Shown: positions 62,241 to 64,000 of the stretch, piece by piece | How positions within the stretch are numbered: position 1 is the first letter of the stretch | Layout: each line of letters starts with the position of its first letter | Assembly (NCBI GenBank): GCA_965649765.1 | Contig: OZ287751.1 | Location: forward strand, 76,632,001-76,696,000 | Direction: 5' to 3' | Length of the DNA stretch: 64,000 nucleotides | From: Bispira polyomma | Taxonomy: Eukaryota | The notes under the pieces: model-generated | Told to the model about the DNA's origin: nothing | What the model saw: the letters and a program-made list of their open reading frames with translations, nothing else | Database searches by the model: none | Position numbers and translations under genes: made by a program

Positions 62241-64000
62241 GAAAACATAAATATTGGTACAGGTAATATGGAATATATACATAAACTGACTAGTGACTAT
62301 AATCATTGTCTGGTAAGTAAGAGAAAAAAAAATAGAAGAGAAAAACAAAAAACGTTGTTCGGTGGAATGTTTATGGTCTTTTTGTGTTAACAATTAATCC
62401 TTATGATGTCATTCTAGTGTTATAAATAAAGCACAGTTTGTCATGTTCAGGTTTAAATATAATTGCAGCACAGTCCAACTATAATAACCTGGCCTTTTAA
62501 CAGGGTCCTCTTGTTTATTATGACTAGTTACATATGTCAGCAAACTTTATGCTCTTATTATACACTGTAAATAAATCCTTTGTGTCTAATATATTCCGAC
62601 ACAATTATGTATTTACCTGACTAGTTCATTCCCCCAAAGACCCTTTAACCTGTAATTATCTCCTTGAACTACTGTACCATTTCCAGATTATTCCAGGCTG
62701 GCTATTATGTGGTTAACTGTTTGGAAATAATTAGCCAGTGGAGTTTAACTGGAAATTATAGATATATATGTATATAGATATATATAGCAACCATTGCTGG
62801 AGATAATTGTTATATGTCAAAGAAAAAGCCAGTGATTAAAGATGATTTAGTATTGCCGGGTTTAACACAGACAAATTGCTGTTTGATGGGGTGTTTATCT
62901 TTGAAATAAACTCATTTCTCTTAAATAGGACCTATGTTGTCTTTTATAATAAACGTTTATAATGTTACCAGTTTTTTTCCACTTTTTTAGGGGGTGGTAA
63001 TTGTGATGTTGTAAATTTAGCATTTCTAAGTTACGTTATATCATATTTAATATTAAGTGACACTGTTTTAAATTGAAATTTTCACTTGGAAATAATTGTC
63101 GCTATTTCTATTAAAAATTAATTCCCTGTGAGAATAAAATTTGTTATTAATCTTTGAAGTGAAAAAATGTCGGTTATGACAACTAATTCACTTAAATTCT
63201 TTTAACATGGAAAATTAATGAAATTTTATTCTTTGTAGACCAAGTCTGGCACGTTGGACACGATGCAAAAGTCATTTTGTTGCGAAAATTGCACTTACTA
63301 TTTCGTAACAATAGCTATATGTTGGAGCAGTCCAAGCAAAGATAAACGTTTTATACTACTTTAAGCATTCCAGTTAATTTTTGCTGTGTGTGAAGTGCTA
63401 GTGGACCTTTCTTTAGGGTTACGTGAGAACCCCAGTCACCCTTCTTCAGTTTTTGTTACAAGACAGACCATAGTGAAGAATGACTTTGTGGGGAGGAGGG
63501 AGGGACTCATTTTTTTAGGGTTATTGCTGTTTCAAAAAATACTCATAAAGAGACCTGACCAATTAGTCTTCTTGTAGGCAAGATTTATATCCAAGTTTGA
63601 CCACAGACTACATCTCTCTAATCAGAAAACATTTAAAAATGATAAAAGGTTTAAAATTATGGCTGTTTTCTAAAATAGAAGGTAACCTTTTGTGTAAAAC
63701 ACTCACATATACAGTAACAAGTTAAGGCTTCGATGGTACATACTTGTTCTAAGCAAACAGGAGCTAAAAAACCTTGAAGACATAGGTAAATGGTCATCCT
63801 CAAGCCTTTATCTTTAATTCTGAGAATGACAGTTACAGGTGCTGGTTGGATTTATTTGGGCAGTCAGGAAAAATGTCCTGAGTATAAATTTAAATATGAA
63901 CAAACACAAATGAAATACTAGCCATATGGTTCAAAATATGATACTATAGATTTTTAATGCGCCTAGTTGATGCCAGGCATCTTCTAATGCGCAACATCAT

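Noticed and set aside
63386-63577. ORF containing DFVG as the next copine exon (expected DFLG...)
   Set aside because: No AG acceptor precedes the Asp codon, and the following residues do not match the copine xxxCTLGEIV pattern.

Overview
AT-rich, intron-rich animal genomic DNA. The SINE, MITE and Helentron-like repeat landscape and the protein sequences point to a lophotrochozoan, probably a mollusc (inference). It is not prokaryotic, and there is no CRISPR array, rRNA or true tRNA. Three spliced + strand genes can be built from GT-AG junctions with consistent reading phase. (1) The last four coding exons of a KMT2E(MLL5)/SETD5/UpSET-family chromatin protein (VSLLEYRKR motif, Pro/Gln/Ser-rich tail): 2112-2331, 3898-4059, 6234-7154, 8928-9109. 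(2) A complete 4-exon, 487-aa clan-7 (CYP7/CYP8-like) cytochrome P450: 25460-25548, 28058-28965, 31679-31857, 33430-33717, with a TATA/Inr promoter. It is atypical: the heme-ligand loop is three residues short (FGSLCPG) and the I-helix is non-canonical (HVNYNT). (3) The first four coding exons of a copine of the CPNE5/8/9 type (C2A domain): 45617-45699, 50412-50499, 50942-51045, 57528-57567, continuing past the window end. The ORF track misses this gene entirely. The rest is introns and intergenic DNA containing a decayed L2-clade LINE, a probable L1/Tx1 relic, three tRNA-derived SINE families, many hAT- and Tc1/mariner-type MITEs, a foldback element and several tandem repeats, including a 24-bp minisatellite with a 5-unit higher-order structure. 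The best novelty candidate is the divergent clan-7 P450. A possible ancient SETD5/KMT2E-CPNE5/8/9 linkage is second.
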